A DNA stretch of 64,000 nt from Callorhinchus milii (taxonomy: Eukaryota): positions 98,458,001 through 98,522,000 of the forward strand of contig NW_024704743.1 in the NCBI RefSeq assembly GCF_018977255.1. Direction: 5' to 3'. The notes below the pieces were generated by a model that was given only the letters and a program-made list of their open reading frames with translations, did no database searches and was not told the origin of the DNA. Shown here piece after piece: positions 49,415 through 61,808 of this stretch. Every line of letters starts with the position of its first letter. The stretch's first letter is position 1. The position numbers and the translations under genes were made by a program.

Positions 49415-52071
49415 CATTTCCTTTAGGATTTTTCCAGACACAACATTTCTTATTTATGCAGATTTATATACTAAAAGCATCAAGGAGATACAAGTTATAT
49501 ATATTTTCCTATTCCCCACCTTGTGAAAATGTGTTTGGCTTTGCTTAGGTCTCTTTTTTGGTCAGCCAGGAGTTTGATTCATGCAATGCCCAAACTAGAT
49601 TGAGAGTTCCACATATGTATGTCTACCATGGAGATTTCCCTTTTATAGAATCATACAGCACAGAAGGAGGCGATTTGGCCCATTGTGTCTCTGCTGGCTC
49701 TTTGAAAAGAGCTAAACAAATCAATCCCATTCACTCACTCTCTCCCTGTAGCCCTGCAAACTTGTCCCCCCTTTGTCTGGAATAAAATGGTGTACTCTTC
49801 CCCCAGAGGAACACATCCCAATTTCAGGAAGCACAAGGTGCACCTTGGTAAGAACCAAGGCTTGCCGATGACAGGATGTGAGTGTCAGGTATTGTTGGAG
49901 TTTAACTAGCTAAATCTGCATGGCTTGCCATTGCGAACACTCTCTGGCAAGCATTCTGTTTGCCTCACTAGGACCATCCTACCTGTTAGGGTTTCGGGTT
50001 AACAGGAGCCAAGTGTGCAGAATCCCTGCCACCAGTAAATGTTTAAGACCTGTTAGACATTATAATTGTATCACAACCTTGTAATTGGTCTGTGAATAGG
50101 CTGAGGTTCACTCCAGCCTCTGTAGGCCAGCAATGCAATTTAGGGATCTCTGACCTGTAAGGGCCTCCTCAGAGATTGCATTACTTCAGTGGCCAGAAAA
50201 AAATGTTTTACAGGCTGCATGTAGGCGTTTGCGCACGGACACACATTTCCATGTTGCTGTTGAACTTTGGAATCTGCTGTGTAAATGTGCCTCAACCTCA
50301 GTTTCATAACTTTGTTATGTTTGAGCTTGTTCTGAAGTAACCTACAATACAAAAAGGGCACAGATTGTGTGGGTGCAAAGTGTTCTTCAATTGAATTGTA
50401 AATGAATGCAATGTGTTTTACAAGTGAGTTTGTGTTTAAACTGATGAAGTAGAATGGATCAGCACGGGTGGACTAAGAAATTTTGAGGCAAACAGCCTAT
50501 ATTACTATAAATTTCTAGCTGTTATTTCTCAGTCATTGACAGTGATCATAAAGTGTTGTCATCAAAATCATTTATGCTTCAATATGGATGTCACCATACA
50601 TCAACTATACGCCTATCAATGCCCACCATCACCAAAAATAGGATCCAAAATGGAATAAAAACTCTTCCACAAACTCCACAGTGCAGAATATGCTATTAAT
50701 AAGTGATACACTGACTCAAGTTCAAGGATATAATCTCGCTGAGGTGTTCAGAAGAGGATTATAAATGTCAAGAACAGAAAGAAGGTTGACAGTCAGCATT
50801 TACGCTGCAAGTTTCTGCTATCATAAAAACAAATCTTAAAAAAATAGAAATTGCATACAAAATGCAAACCAATATAAGGGACCAATACCAAAACTGAAAT
50901 TGAATCTCAAGATTTAGATGATAATCATACACCATTTAAACTTTATTTTTCATGTTATATTTACAGAAATCCATGCTTACATTCGACTCCTTACAAATAC
51001 TGCCATTTGTATAGTCATTGCAGAGAGTCATTGCAATTCTTGTACATTTCTTGTCTCCTTGTCATGGTCAATTTAAAAGGAGATGCCTGTGTGAAAAATT
51101 GCTGAGTGGAAAAAATGCTGACCCTCTACTCTCTGTTCATGATATTTATAACCATCATCCTAACACTTCAAAGAGATTACAGCCTTGAACTCAGGCCAGT
51201 GTATCTGTTATTTATAGCATGTGCCCCAATATGGAGTTTACAGAAGAGGTTTTATTCCTTTTTGGGTTCTTTTTATTTCTAGTGATTATGTTGCTAAACA
51301 CCCTTTCTAGTGATAATGTTGCCAAATACACTCCCTGCTGATCCGTAAACATTTTCCTTTCAGTGAAATATGTTAGTGGTGAGAAAGAGAACATTATAGG
51401 TATGCAGAGTGTTATCAAGCAATCTCAGGTCAGGTTCAACATTGTGCAGATTGTTATCAAGCAATCCCAGGTCGGGTTCACCTAGCCTCACAGTAAAACT
51501 TCCTCTACTCTGACCCAACTCAGGTTGGGGCCGTGAATTTATCCTTCTGATAAGATGTGGATTAATCATTTGTAGAGTGCTGGATTGAGGATAGTTTCAT
51601 ACAATTACTCAAACCATTGAGGAAAAGGGTCAGGACTGCCCTAAACATATGCAAATGAGATCTTATATCCAACAAATCAGTCTGGGCTGGATTTTTCTCT
51701 TCCCCAAATCTTCTTCAGAAATACAGTACATACTTGGGTAGCACTCTTAGCACTCTATCAGTTCAAAAGTTACAAATTGTGAAACTCTATCCAACTGGAG
51801 CCCTGTGGGTATGATCTGCAGCATTTAAACCCGTAGTTCATCACCTCACCAAAACATTGATTTATCTCACTTTCTCTCCTATCCTTCTCAAACTTATGCT
51901 ATTGTATCTAAGGGCTGAAATTCCACATAGTCTTAGCCTACAAGACCATTTTCCTTAAAATTTACAATTGCGCACAATTGTAGAAAATTCTTAAATTCAC
52001 CATTAAATTGGAAGATTTTTTTTGCAGTTCTTAAAAAGAAAGCATTTTCAAATAAAGACTGAATTGGCATT

Positions 52072-52890
52072 CAACAGTGAGGAGGATAGGAGCAGACTGC
52101 AAGAGGACATAGACAGACTGGTAAAATGGGCAGACACTTGGTAGTTGAAGTTTAATGTGGAGAAATGAGGAGAGGCAATATAAGCTGATGGTAGAATCTT
52201 AAAGGGGTTGAAGGAACAGAGAGAGCTGGGGGTTCATATAAGTAAATCTTTGAAGATGGCAGGACAACTAAATAAAGCTGTTAAAAAAGCACACGGGATA
52301 CTAGGCTTTATAAATAGGGCCATTGGATATAAATGTCAGGAAGTTATGATGAACCCTTATAAAACACTGGTTAGGCCTCAGCTGTGTTCAGTTCTGGGCA
52401 CCACACTTTGGGAAGGATGTCAAGGCATTGGAGACGGTGCAAAGGAGATTTACCAGGATGGTACCAGGAATGAGGGACCTCAGTTATCAGGAGAGGTTAG
52501 AGAAGCTAGGATTATTCTCCTTGGAGCAGAAAAGGTTAAGAATAGACTTAATAGAAGTTTTCAAAATTATCAGGGGATTCGATAGGGTGAACACTGGCGG
52601 GTGGGTCAGTAACCCGACGATACTGATTTAAAATAGTTGTTAAAATAAACAGAGGGGAGGTGAGGAGAAATTTGTTCGGATCTGGAATGCATTGCCTGAA
52701 AGAGTGGAAGCTGATCCGATAACAACTTTCAAGCGAGAAGTAGATAATTATGTGAGGAAGACAAGTTTGCAGGGCTAAGGGGAGAGCGCGGGGGAGTGGG
52801 ATCGATTTTCGTAGCTCTTTTCAAAGAGCTGGCAGAGACACGATGGGCCGAATGGCCTTCTTCTGTGCTGTATAATTCTATGATTCTATG
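52072..52890 (+). mobile_element. CR1 LINE 3' ~0.8 kb
   Basis: ELGVHISKSLK...KAHGILGFINR...YKTLVRPQL, ERLEKLGLFSLEQ; ends with a TTCTATGA-type repeat. Confidence 0.93.
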
Positions 52891-53763
52891 AAATGTCAAA
52901 CCTGAAACCAGCTGATAATTCCTGAATAATAATAATCGTATCAATTGCAATGAATGATCATACTTTTTACCACTATCATTTAAATGCCTATTCCTGATGG
53001 TGCTCCAAGCTATTAGACAGAAACAGATGTAATACTTTGATCAAGGTCACTGAAAACATTGTATATTTTTAAATTCAAGCTGCTGAACTACAGGCTTTAT
53101 AAAGTCAAGATATATTTAAACCATTGCTTGAAAATACAATGGCTATTTCCTTTAAGCAATAGTACTACGTTGAATTTTGCTTACAGTGTTTTTCACAATC
53201 ATTAATCTCCTGCAAATCTAGATATACTGCAAATATATTCATTATTAAAAACAAAAATCAAAGGCAAGCAAACATTAGGTTCACTGAGTTTGTGTGGTTG
53301 ATTCTGTAGGAGTTGGTTAAAATGTGTTTTGAGAAGCTTTGTTTCACATGACTTCAAAAGAAATATGCACTCATTAACTGGATGAGAGTTAAAAAACTGC
53401 AAGAAAGTATTCTCAGTTGGTAATAACGTATTATTTAATTATTTTACTGGCTGACAAGTAGAGCTTGAAAAACACATTTAAAATGTATGCTCAAGATAAT
53501 TTCACACTGAGGTACAATAATAAGTGGGCTTAATTTTGTTTCAAAAGTAAATTATGTCACATGGCCTAACAGATGTTTACTGAAAGACAAGAGTATGTTG
53601 TTAGTACAAGAGTATGCTGCACCTTATCTCTGCTATCAAAAACGCTCTTAAAAAGGAATCTCTCTGAGCGTGCCTTTGGTCGATTGCTTTAAGTCTCTCT
53701 TTTTCATATTTGTTTGGTACTTCCTATCATTTCTGTTAAGTCTTATTCATCTTCATGGGAGGG

Positions 53764-54140
53764 ACTACTTTCAAAGCAGAATTGGATAGGAACTTGAAGA
53801 GGAAAAAATTGCAAGGATGAGGGGAAAGAGCAGGGGAGTGATACTGATTGGGTAACTTTTCCAAACAGCTGGCACAGGTATGATGGGCCGAATGGATGTA
53901 ATTATTAATGGGATAATAATCCCTTCAAAATAAAATGTGGTCACTCAATCCACGACTATTTGTGGGAAACAGCTGTGCGCAATTGGCTGCCACGGTTCGC
54001 CCACAAAATATAGTCGATTCCTTTACAATATATTCTGTGAAGCGCTTTGAGACGCCTCGAAGGCATGATAAGGCGCAATATCAAATACAAGGATTATTAT
54101 TAATGGTCTCCTTCTGTGCTGTAATATTCTATGATTCTAT
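53764..54140 (+). mobile_element. CR1 3' terminus (inverted relative to its body) containing a SINE tail at ~53910-54103
   Basis: ACTTTCAAAGCAGAATTGGATAGG...GGGCCGAATGG|SINE tail|TCTCCTTCTGTGCTG...TTCTATGATTCTAT. Confidence 0.85.
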
Positions 54141-54271
54141 AGCAGATGCTCACTGGAGAAAAATGCCAAAGGCATTAATACAACTTAACCAAATATATTT
54201 TGATGCAAAAGAAGATAGTAACGTATTATTTTATTTTATTTTGAAGGGATTATTACCCCATTAATAATTAC

Positions 54272-55315
54272 GTTATTGAATCTGTTTCCACCACCCTTTC
54301 AGGCAGTGCATTCCAGATTGCAACAACTCTCTCTGTGTGTGTAAAAAAAATCTCCTCATTTCCCCTCTGGTTCTTTTGCCAATTATCTTGAATCTATGTC
54401 CCCTGGTTACTGACCCACCTGCCAGTGGAAACAGTTTCTCCCTATCTACTCTATCAAAACCCCTCATAATTTTGAACACCTCTATTAAATTACCCCAACC
54501 TCTCAGGAGAACAATTCCGGCTGCCCTAGTCTCTCTGCGTAACTAAACTCCCTCATCCCTGGTACCATTCTGGTAAATCTCCTTTCCACCACCTCCAAGG
54601 CCTGTATATCTTTCCTAAAGTGTGGTGCCTGAATTGGATACAATACTCCAGCTGATGCCTAAGCAGTGACTTATAAAGGTTTAGCAGAAGTTCCTTGCTT
54701 TCGTATTCTATGCCTCTATTTATAAAGCCAAGGATGCTATATGCTTTTAACAACCTGTCCTACCACATTCAAAGACCTGTGTATGTGAACCCCCAGGTCT
54801 CTCTGCCCTTGTACCGCCCTAAAAACTGTACCATTTAGTGTATATTGCCTCTGCTCATTCTTCCTCCCCAAATCACCTCACACTTCTCTACATTATACTT
54901 CATCTGCCATTGTCTGCCAATTTCACCAGTCTGTTTATGTCCTCCTGCAGTCTGCTACATCCTCCTGATTGTTTACTACCTTCACAAGTTTTGTATCACC
55001 TGCAAATTTTAAAATGTTGCTCTCTGTAACCAAGTCCAAGTAATTTATGTATATCAAAAAGAGTAGTGCACCTTATACCAACCCCTGGGGGACACCACTG
55101 TTTATTTCCCTCCAGTCTGAAAAACAATCATTCACCACTATCCTGTGTTTTCTGTCTCCCAGCCAATTTTGAATCCATGCTGTCCCCTTTATCCCACGGG
55201 CTACAATTTTGCTAACTAGTCTATTATGTGGCACCTTATCAAACACCTTCTGAAAGTCCATATACACTACATCAACTGCACTATCTACATCAATCCTCTC
55301 TGGTATATCATCAAA
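54272..55315 (-). mobile_element. CR1 LINE body
   Basis: YMDFQKVFDKVPH, SGVPQGLV, KAYSILGFINRGIEY, FKIMRGFDRVDREKLFP. Confidence 0.93.
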
Positions 55316-55451
55316 GCTGTTGCCTATTATCCTGTTTGGTTTTTATTTTTCCTTCCACACCAAACAAAAGCGATAGTTCATTTAATGAAAATCTTTTGCA
55401 GAGCAATAATCATAAGGCAACAGTGAAAAGTTTTTAGTGAAAGAATGTTAC

Positions 55452-55885
55452 TATAAAAACTTGCACGTATATAGTCCCTCCCATGAAGATGAATAAGACT
55501 TAACAGAAATGATAGGAAGTACCAAACAAATATGAAAAAGAGGGACTTAAAGCAATCGACCAAAGGCACGCTCAGAGAGATTCCTTTTTAAGAGCGTTTT
55601 TGATAGCAGAGATAAGGTGCAATGTCAAGGGAGTTTGGGAGCTAGTTCCAGAGAGCAGGCACAATGCCTGAATGTCTGGTTACCAATGGTGAAACAGAGG
55701 GAGTGATAATCAAGCAGTAAACTAGAGTCAGAAGAACAGAGGACATAAACCAGATTGTGCTGGTGGAGATGAAAAAGGAAGGCACGGGCGAGTCCTGAAG
55801 GGATTTGAAATTCAGGATGTGGATCTCAAAGTCAATCCACTGAAGTACTGTAGTAGAGTCTGGCAAGGATGGGAATACCAGGTAG
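55452..55885 (-). mobile_element. Old L2 3' fragment
   Basis: QWIDFEIHILNFKSL...ALWN; tail AACTTGCACGTATATAG. Confidence 0.75.
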
Positions 55886-57272
55886 ACAAATATTACCACA
55901 TTTCTGAAACAAATAAAAGAAATGGAACATATCGACCAATCATAATGCTTTCAAAACAGAACAGCGTGAGGAAATGTTAAATTATACCTGGACGGAGTAT
56001 CACAGTAACACAACACAGATTATCACAATCGATTACGAATTCCAGGAAGTAGATAACTGCCAAATGGTTTACAGAGGATTATTTCTAGGTTTATTTCTAA
56101 AGTTATTGTAAAATTTGTTGCCAGCATACATTAGACAGTAATGAACACCTGGGACTGATTTTAAAAAAATGAACAGAATATGCCTTAATCCTCAATAGAG
56201 CAGGATTTTTTCATCATCCATGCCAGAAGATCGCCGCATGCGCACTTATTGGCAAACGTTAGAATTGCATTGAATTGCGGGAAATAAAGTTTTTCTGCGC
56301 GTGCGTTGAGCAATCAAGATTATGTTTCCCACGATTCAATGCAGCCGGCTGATAAGTGCGCTTGCGTCGACGGGTCAGGACGTAAGTTCCCGCGATTCAA
56401 TGCAGCCAGTAAGTGTGGGAGGAATAGAGAGTAGGGAGTGGCTTTACAAGTCATGGGGTGATGAATACGAGCAGTGCACAGAAATCTAAGTGGGTTTGAT
56501 GGGAAACTGAATGGGACTCAGGTGAACGTATGACTTGTATGATTTATAAAAGTAAGATGTGTGAGTTTTACTGGACTCACAAGCATCCCATCGTTTGCAA
56601 CCTCCATCCTGAGTGTATTATTTATAATATGATTTTAATGTGAGGTGGTATTTATTCTGCTTTTGTAATCATTTGTGCAGCAGTAGCTGGCAGGAAACTA
56701 CATTTCCTTTATTTGTATTGACCTTTATAAACAGGACGGATAATTATGGTTATTATTCAGGTTATTGAGAAATTGTATGTTCATTACCATAATATCCTGT
56801 GTCTAAATATGTATACTGGATGAATTCCAATGGACAATCAGATATGAAAGAACAGTTAACATGTACTTATTCCAATCCTATATAACAACGTGGTCCAACT
56901 GATGGCCCTCAGGCCGCAACTGAAATGATTAACCTGTTCTAGTTTTTTTGAGCGTTATCTGTAGGGGCCTCCATACGCTGAGTTGATAGCTTGTGGTTTG
57001 ATTTTAATACATAAAAATTAACTTGATGCATATATTATTTCCATTTATTTTGTTCATTGTTAAATTATGTACATTTTATTTCACTTAATTATTTCTTTTA
57101 TTTTCATTATTTTCTCTGGATTTAATTATTACTCTTGCATATAGTCTACATACTTAATTGATCAAAGTTATTGTTTTAAAATGTGTAAGAATTTTTACAT
57201 TGCCTATTTAAAGTTTGCATGGTAATTAAAATATAATGAATTGATTACACAATTTAAAATATAGGATTTCTA

Positions 57273-57626
57273 TAATAATATTAATCCTTGCATTTGATAT
57301 AGCGCCTCATCATGTTTTCAAGACGTCTCAAAGCGATTCAAGGAATATACTATAAAGTGAATTGACTGTTTATTTCATGGACGAAACGCGGTAGCATAGC
57401 AGTGTCCCATAAACAATGGTGGCCAAATTATTTTTATTTATATAGATGGAATTATTACCTCCGGAAAAGCGATCTGCCATCGACTAACAACCGGGTTCAT
57501 ATTTACTGCTAGGTAAACACAGGCGTATGGAGTCAGGAAAATTGTCCAACCTTTCACTCTGCCCGGAATCAAACCCAGGTCCTTTCGCTAGTGAGGCAAG
57601 TGCTCTAACCCCTAAGCTACAGGGGT
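57273..57626 (-). mobile_element. Full-length tRNA-derived CORE-like SINE
   Basis: Minus strand: TAGCTTAGGGG (A box), GGTTTGATTCC (B box), GTTTACCTAGCAGTAAAT, shared L2-type tail. Confidence 0.85.
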
Positions 57627-57628
57627 TT

Positions 57629-58074
57629 ACAACAACAACAACAAGATTCCATTTATAGAGTGACTTTCACGTCGGGAGGACGTCCCAAGGCGCTGTACAG
57701 TTGGGTCAGGACCCGAGCAGGGGGGAAATGGTCAGGGTGAGGGGAAGAAAGGGAGGGAGCGAGGAGGGGGTAGAGAGTCGAGAGGGGAGCTGAAGGCTCG
57801 GTCAAAGAAAAAGGTCTTGAGACCGGCCTTGAAGGAGGAAAGGGAGGAAGCAAGGCGAAGGCACTGGGGGATGGAGTTCCAGAGCCTGGGGGCTGAGAGG
57901 TTGAAGGTCTGGCCACCGATGGTAGGGCGGTTGGGGCGGGGGATGTGGAGCAGACCAGAGCCAGAGGAACGGAGGGTAGTAGGTCAGAGAGGTAGGAGGA
58001 TAGTAGGTCAGAGAGGTAGGAGGGAGCACGGCCGTGAATGGCCTTGTAGGTGAGGATGAGGATCTTGAATTCGA
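57629..58074 (-). mobile_element. Young L2 3' ~0.45 kb
   Basis: Near-identical to the reverse complement of 48733-49170. Confidence 0.95.
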
Positions 58075-58227
58075 AAATTCTTCCAATTGATGTTTCTGGA
58101 CTCAAACACAGAAAGATTGCTTATGTGGCCCATGGAAGTGTCTCAAATCAGCCATCCTCAGCAGCCAAAAGGTTGGACCATCCTGTTTTTACTAATTTCG
58201 GTGATTTTGGTGCGAGCTCCTGTTTGC

Positions 58228-58800
58228 AAAGCCAAGCACAGATTAAGAGACTGTTTTGCTAACCAACGCTATTCTCATTCAGAACTTGACCCTGACTTTC
58301 CTCTTGATCTTAACTTCAACTTCCCTCTGCAGCACCTCTACCCTTGGCATCATTCACTGCTCCAATCAAGCCTAATCCAATCTTCAGGAGCAGGATCTAA
58401 TATTTTCCTCAGCCTGCAAGCCCAAATTGATCATCAAACCTTTGCAGTCTCCTCCATTTTCCCCTCTCCACTCCCAGGTATTTTCCCTCTTCCTTTCTTT
58501 CAATGAGTTGTACTGGAATTTCATCATGTCTTACTGTCATCTAATCAACTTTTGTTCTCTCTTCCTATTGACAGCATTTCACCATCTGCTCACGAACCTT
58601 CAGCTGCCTCTGTATTATAATCATTCGTAATTTCTTCCTATTTTTATTTCTCAATTTATGCTCCTTCATCTGATAAAGGACTCCTGCAGCTCACCAGTTC
58701 AGATCTGACAAAACAAACCCAAAACATAGACCTATCTTTCGCTTTCAGATGCTGATTGATTGAGTTGCTGTGGATTCTGATAATTGTATCCAGATTTTAA
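58228..58800 (+). mobile_element. Degraded Penelope-like element 3' region (GIY-YIG C-terminus and pLTR-like tail)
   Basis: KAKHRLRDCFANQ...DPDFPLDLNFN / LGIIHCSNQA*SNLQEQDLIF resembles the recalled PLE pattern ETKRRLxDRFAEH...LPVAxHFN...LGLLxC...RKLxEQHLIF. Confidence 0.6.
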
Positions 58801-59019
58801 GCCCAAGTTTTTCACAAAAGAAAATCTACAAAATCAGTATCAAGTTAGAATGATGTAGATTTAGAGGTTAATCTTTACTTTAAGGCCACATCAGACACAT
58901 CAAATTCTGAATACCTGGTGAAAAAAGATTGTATTCACACGAGCAGTTGGTACAGAATTTTCACGTAAATGTAAGCCAGCAGTAAAGTAAGTTTTTTTTA
59001 AAACAGGTACAATGTTAAA

Positions 59020-59203
59020 GATAGAAAGAGGGAAGAGAAGGTCCGACAAAAAGACAGAGAGAACAGAGCATGTGACAGATAGGGAATGAGAGAGAGGGAG
59101 CGAGAGAGGAGTGATAAAGCAAGAGAGAGAATGATAGAATGAAAGGGAGTGATAGAAAAAGTGTCAGAGTGAGAAAGATAAGAGTAACTGAGAGAGAGAA
59201 ACA
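59020..59203. repeat. Degenerate (GA)n purine-rich tract
   Basis: Visible composition. Confidence 0.85.
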
Positions 59204-59499
59204 GGCAGACAGGCATTGTTTGTTGCAGTCGTGACTTCACAAGCTATCAGAATACAGCAAATGATCTAATAGGTCATTGTGCAACGTTGGTTGATAAATA
59301 GTTAAATAATTTCCAATTCGCCATTTGAGCAAGTTACTGAATGCAGAACTTATGCTGCAAATGAGAAGATTGATATGGACACAGCTACATTTAGTAAAAA
59401 TATTTTAAAAATAAAACTCCAAATTCTGTATATTACTAAAATCTTTTTTCCAACCCTCTTCTGCTGAAATTCTCATTTACTCTTAATTACTTCATCATT

Positions 59500-59815
59500 T
59501 TAAAGAAAGACTTCTCCAATACTCTATCTTCCAAAACTCCGAAGCTCGTATTTTTAATAGGCCCCACATAACCATTACTTCTACCCTTGCCAAGCTCCAT
59601 TTGTCTTCAGTACAGTAGTGGATTGACTTTAAGATGCTTATCCTGACATTCAAATCCCTTTACTGTCTCACCTCTTCCTACCATTCAATATCCTCCAGCC
59701 ATATTCTACCTTGCTATAGAGAGCTACCATTTTCTACCTTGCTCACCTTCAATTCTAGTCTAACTGTTCGTTCCTCCCTCCCTCAAATCATTATTTGTGA
59801 ACACGCCTTCAGCCA
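59500..59815 (+). mobile_element. Old L2 fragment
   Basis: CCAAAACTCC...CCTTGCCAAGCTCCA...GGATTGACTTTAAGATGCTTATCCTGACATTCAAATCCCT (IDFKMLILTFKSL). Confidence 0.7.
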
Positions 59816-61221
59816 CGGAACTCATTCTATGAAAAATGTGCAAAATAAGAGCAAGTTGGTGCAGTAAAACTTATGCTTAATTACTAGATGAACTGGATTT
59901 TAAGGGAAAGTACACAGAAGATCAATTAATATTTGAAACTGAATGATGGATTAATGGTTCATTATATTATACTGATGAATGGTTACAGCCAAAGTATAGA
60001 CCTACCCATCTCTTTCACATGCAAATCAGGCGGCTGTACATTTCCAGGAATTTTTGGTTTTGATTTGCAACATTCACTTTTTTTAATATCTCAAATTGAT
60101 GTTAGTTGGGACTATCATGGGACGGATTTTGCAATTTACTCAAGTAAGATTTATGTTTGCCATCTTGAAATTAGCATTGAAAACAACAAGCAGGTGCAGC
60201 GTTAAAGTACTATTGTTTTATATTACAGCACAGAAGCTGTAGCTTTGTTGTTAAGTTCAAGCAGAAAGCTATACATTTCCATTACAGTCCCAATGAGTCA
60301 TAGAGCTGGAAATTCAAATGAGTTCTGTCTGTGACAAATTATTAAAATATACAGCTGTCAAAGCGCTATCGCCAAGTGTTGGGATTTATCCAAGCGCACC
60401 TGACTAAAGAATACATATGCATCTACTTTCCAAGTGAATATAAGATTTGCTCTATCAGATTAATATTCTCTGCAATTAGATTAAAAATGTTTTATATTTC
60501 TTCATTTTTTAAAAAACATACATATTTTAATCATACAATGACCAGCATAAGAAATTGTTCGCCCACAGAAAAATATTGCGTCTGAGATCATATATGACAA
60601 TTGTTACCCAGAGAGTAATAGCCCACAACAACAGAAACTCAATGTAAATACCTAGAATTGTTATTTGATAAAATTTCAAGGGATTTTTCTAAGAAACACT
60701 CATAAATATCCACAACTGACACTTTGGGCCAAATGGCCTTCTTCTGCTGTAAATTTCTATGATTCACTTGTGCTTGGAATTCTTCCCTTATGAACTGGCG
60801 AAAAAATATTTATTGCAGATAAGGTCAGGTTTCACTTTACAATACCTGTCAAAAGTGAGCTTTTTGTGGAATGTTCCTCAAATAAAATGTTTTTATTTTT
60901 ACTTGTCAAAAATGACCATTTTAAATAAGGTGATACAGATGGCAATTTTCCAGAAAAATATATAGAAAAAGGTAGATTCAGTTTATTACCTAGTCCCTTC
61001 TTTTGCAGGTTCTTCTATTGATCTATAATTTTTTTTGAACAATTACCATGTTCAAAAGCTATAAAAAATAGTACATTAAAATAAATAGAATATTTCATCC
61101 AATTGAAAAGCCATAATGTTAATGGTAATGAATTTTGTGCTACCTGCTGAAATGTTATGTCACTTTGTTCCCCATCAGATTCATTCATTTCATTTCTAAA
61201 TGAGAGAAGTCCCTGTATGTC

Positions 61222-61808
61222 CAGGCTTGGCGAACTCCCTGTTCGATGGACTTCCTAACTGAACTCTCCACAAGCTGCAGATTCTTCAGAACTCTGAAGC
61301 TTGTGTTCTCTCCTGCAGCAAGCTTCATGAGCTGATCACCCCCATCCTTGCCAGGCTTCACTGGCTCCTCATCCCCCAGAGAATCAAGTTCAAGATCCTT
61401 GTCCTCACCTTTAAAGTCATCCACAGTCTTGCTCCTTCCAACCTCTGCGTTCTATTAAAACTTCACCAACCTGTCTGTTCCCTTCGCTCTGAAAGCACTG
61501 ACCTGCTGCACCTTCCTGCCCTGCCTGCTTCACTATCGGCGGTCAGGCCTTCAACCTTTCTGCCCCCATCTTCTGGAACTCCATCCAGGTGCCCCTCTGC
61601 CACACCCCCTCCATTGACTCCTTCAAGGCCCATCTCAAGACCTTTCTTTTCGACTGTGCTTTCGGCATCTTCCCTCCACCGCCCCTCTTGTCCTCCACCC
61701 CCTGTCTGATACCAACCCGCAGGTGGGTGGAAACCCCTCATTGTCTAGTGACTTGAGACGTTCCCCTGACGTGAAAGGCACTATATAAGTGCAACTTTTT
61801 GTTGTTGT
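61222..61808 (+). mobile_element. L2 3' fragment
   Basis: LHKLQILQNS...LARLHWLLIPQRIKFKILVLTFK; terminal stem-loop and (TTG)n tail. Confidence 0.9.

Larger units (their letters stand above)
53618..55621. repeat. 150-bp inverted repeat pair (53618-53767 / 55472-55621)
   Basis: Direct comparison: 149 of 150 nt identical in reverse complement. Confidence 0.97.

Noticed and set aside
50155..50341. Minus-strand 187-nt exon-like segment with one open frame (RLLQNKLK...RRPLQ)
   Set aside because: The donor (CAG|GTCAGA) is mediocre, I do not recognise the peptide, and there are no partner exons.
5216..51379. Micro-exon-like AG...GT pairs (15 nt at 5216 +, 21 nt at 17238-17258 -, 21 nt near 43340-43360 -, 15 nt at 51364 +)
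   Set aside because: Such pairs are expected by chance in 64 kb; the strands are inconsistent and the peptides are unrecognisable.
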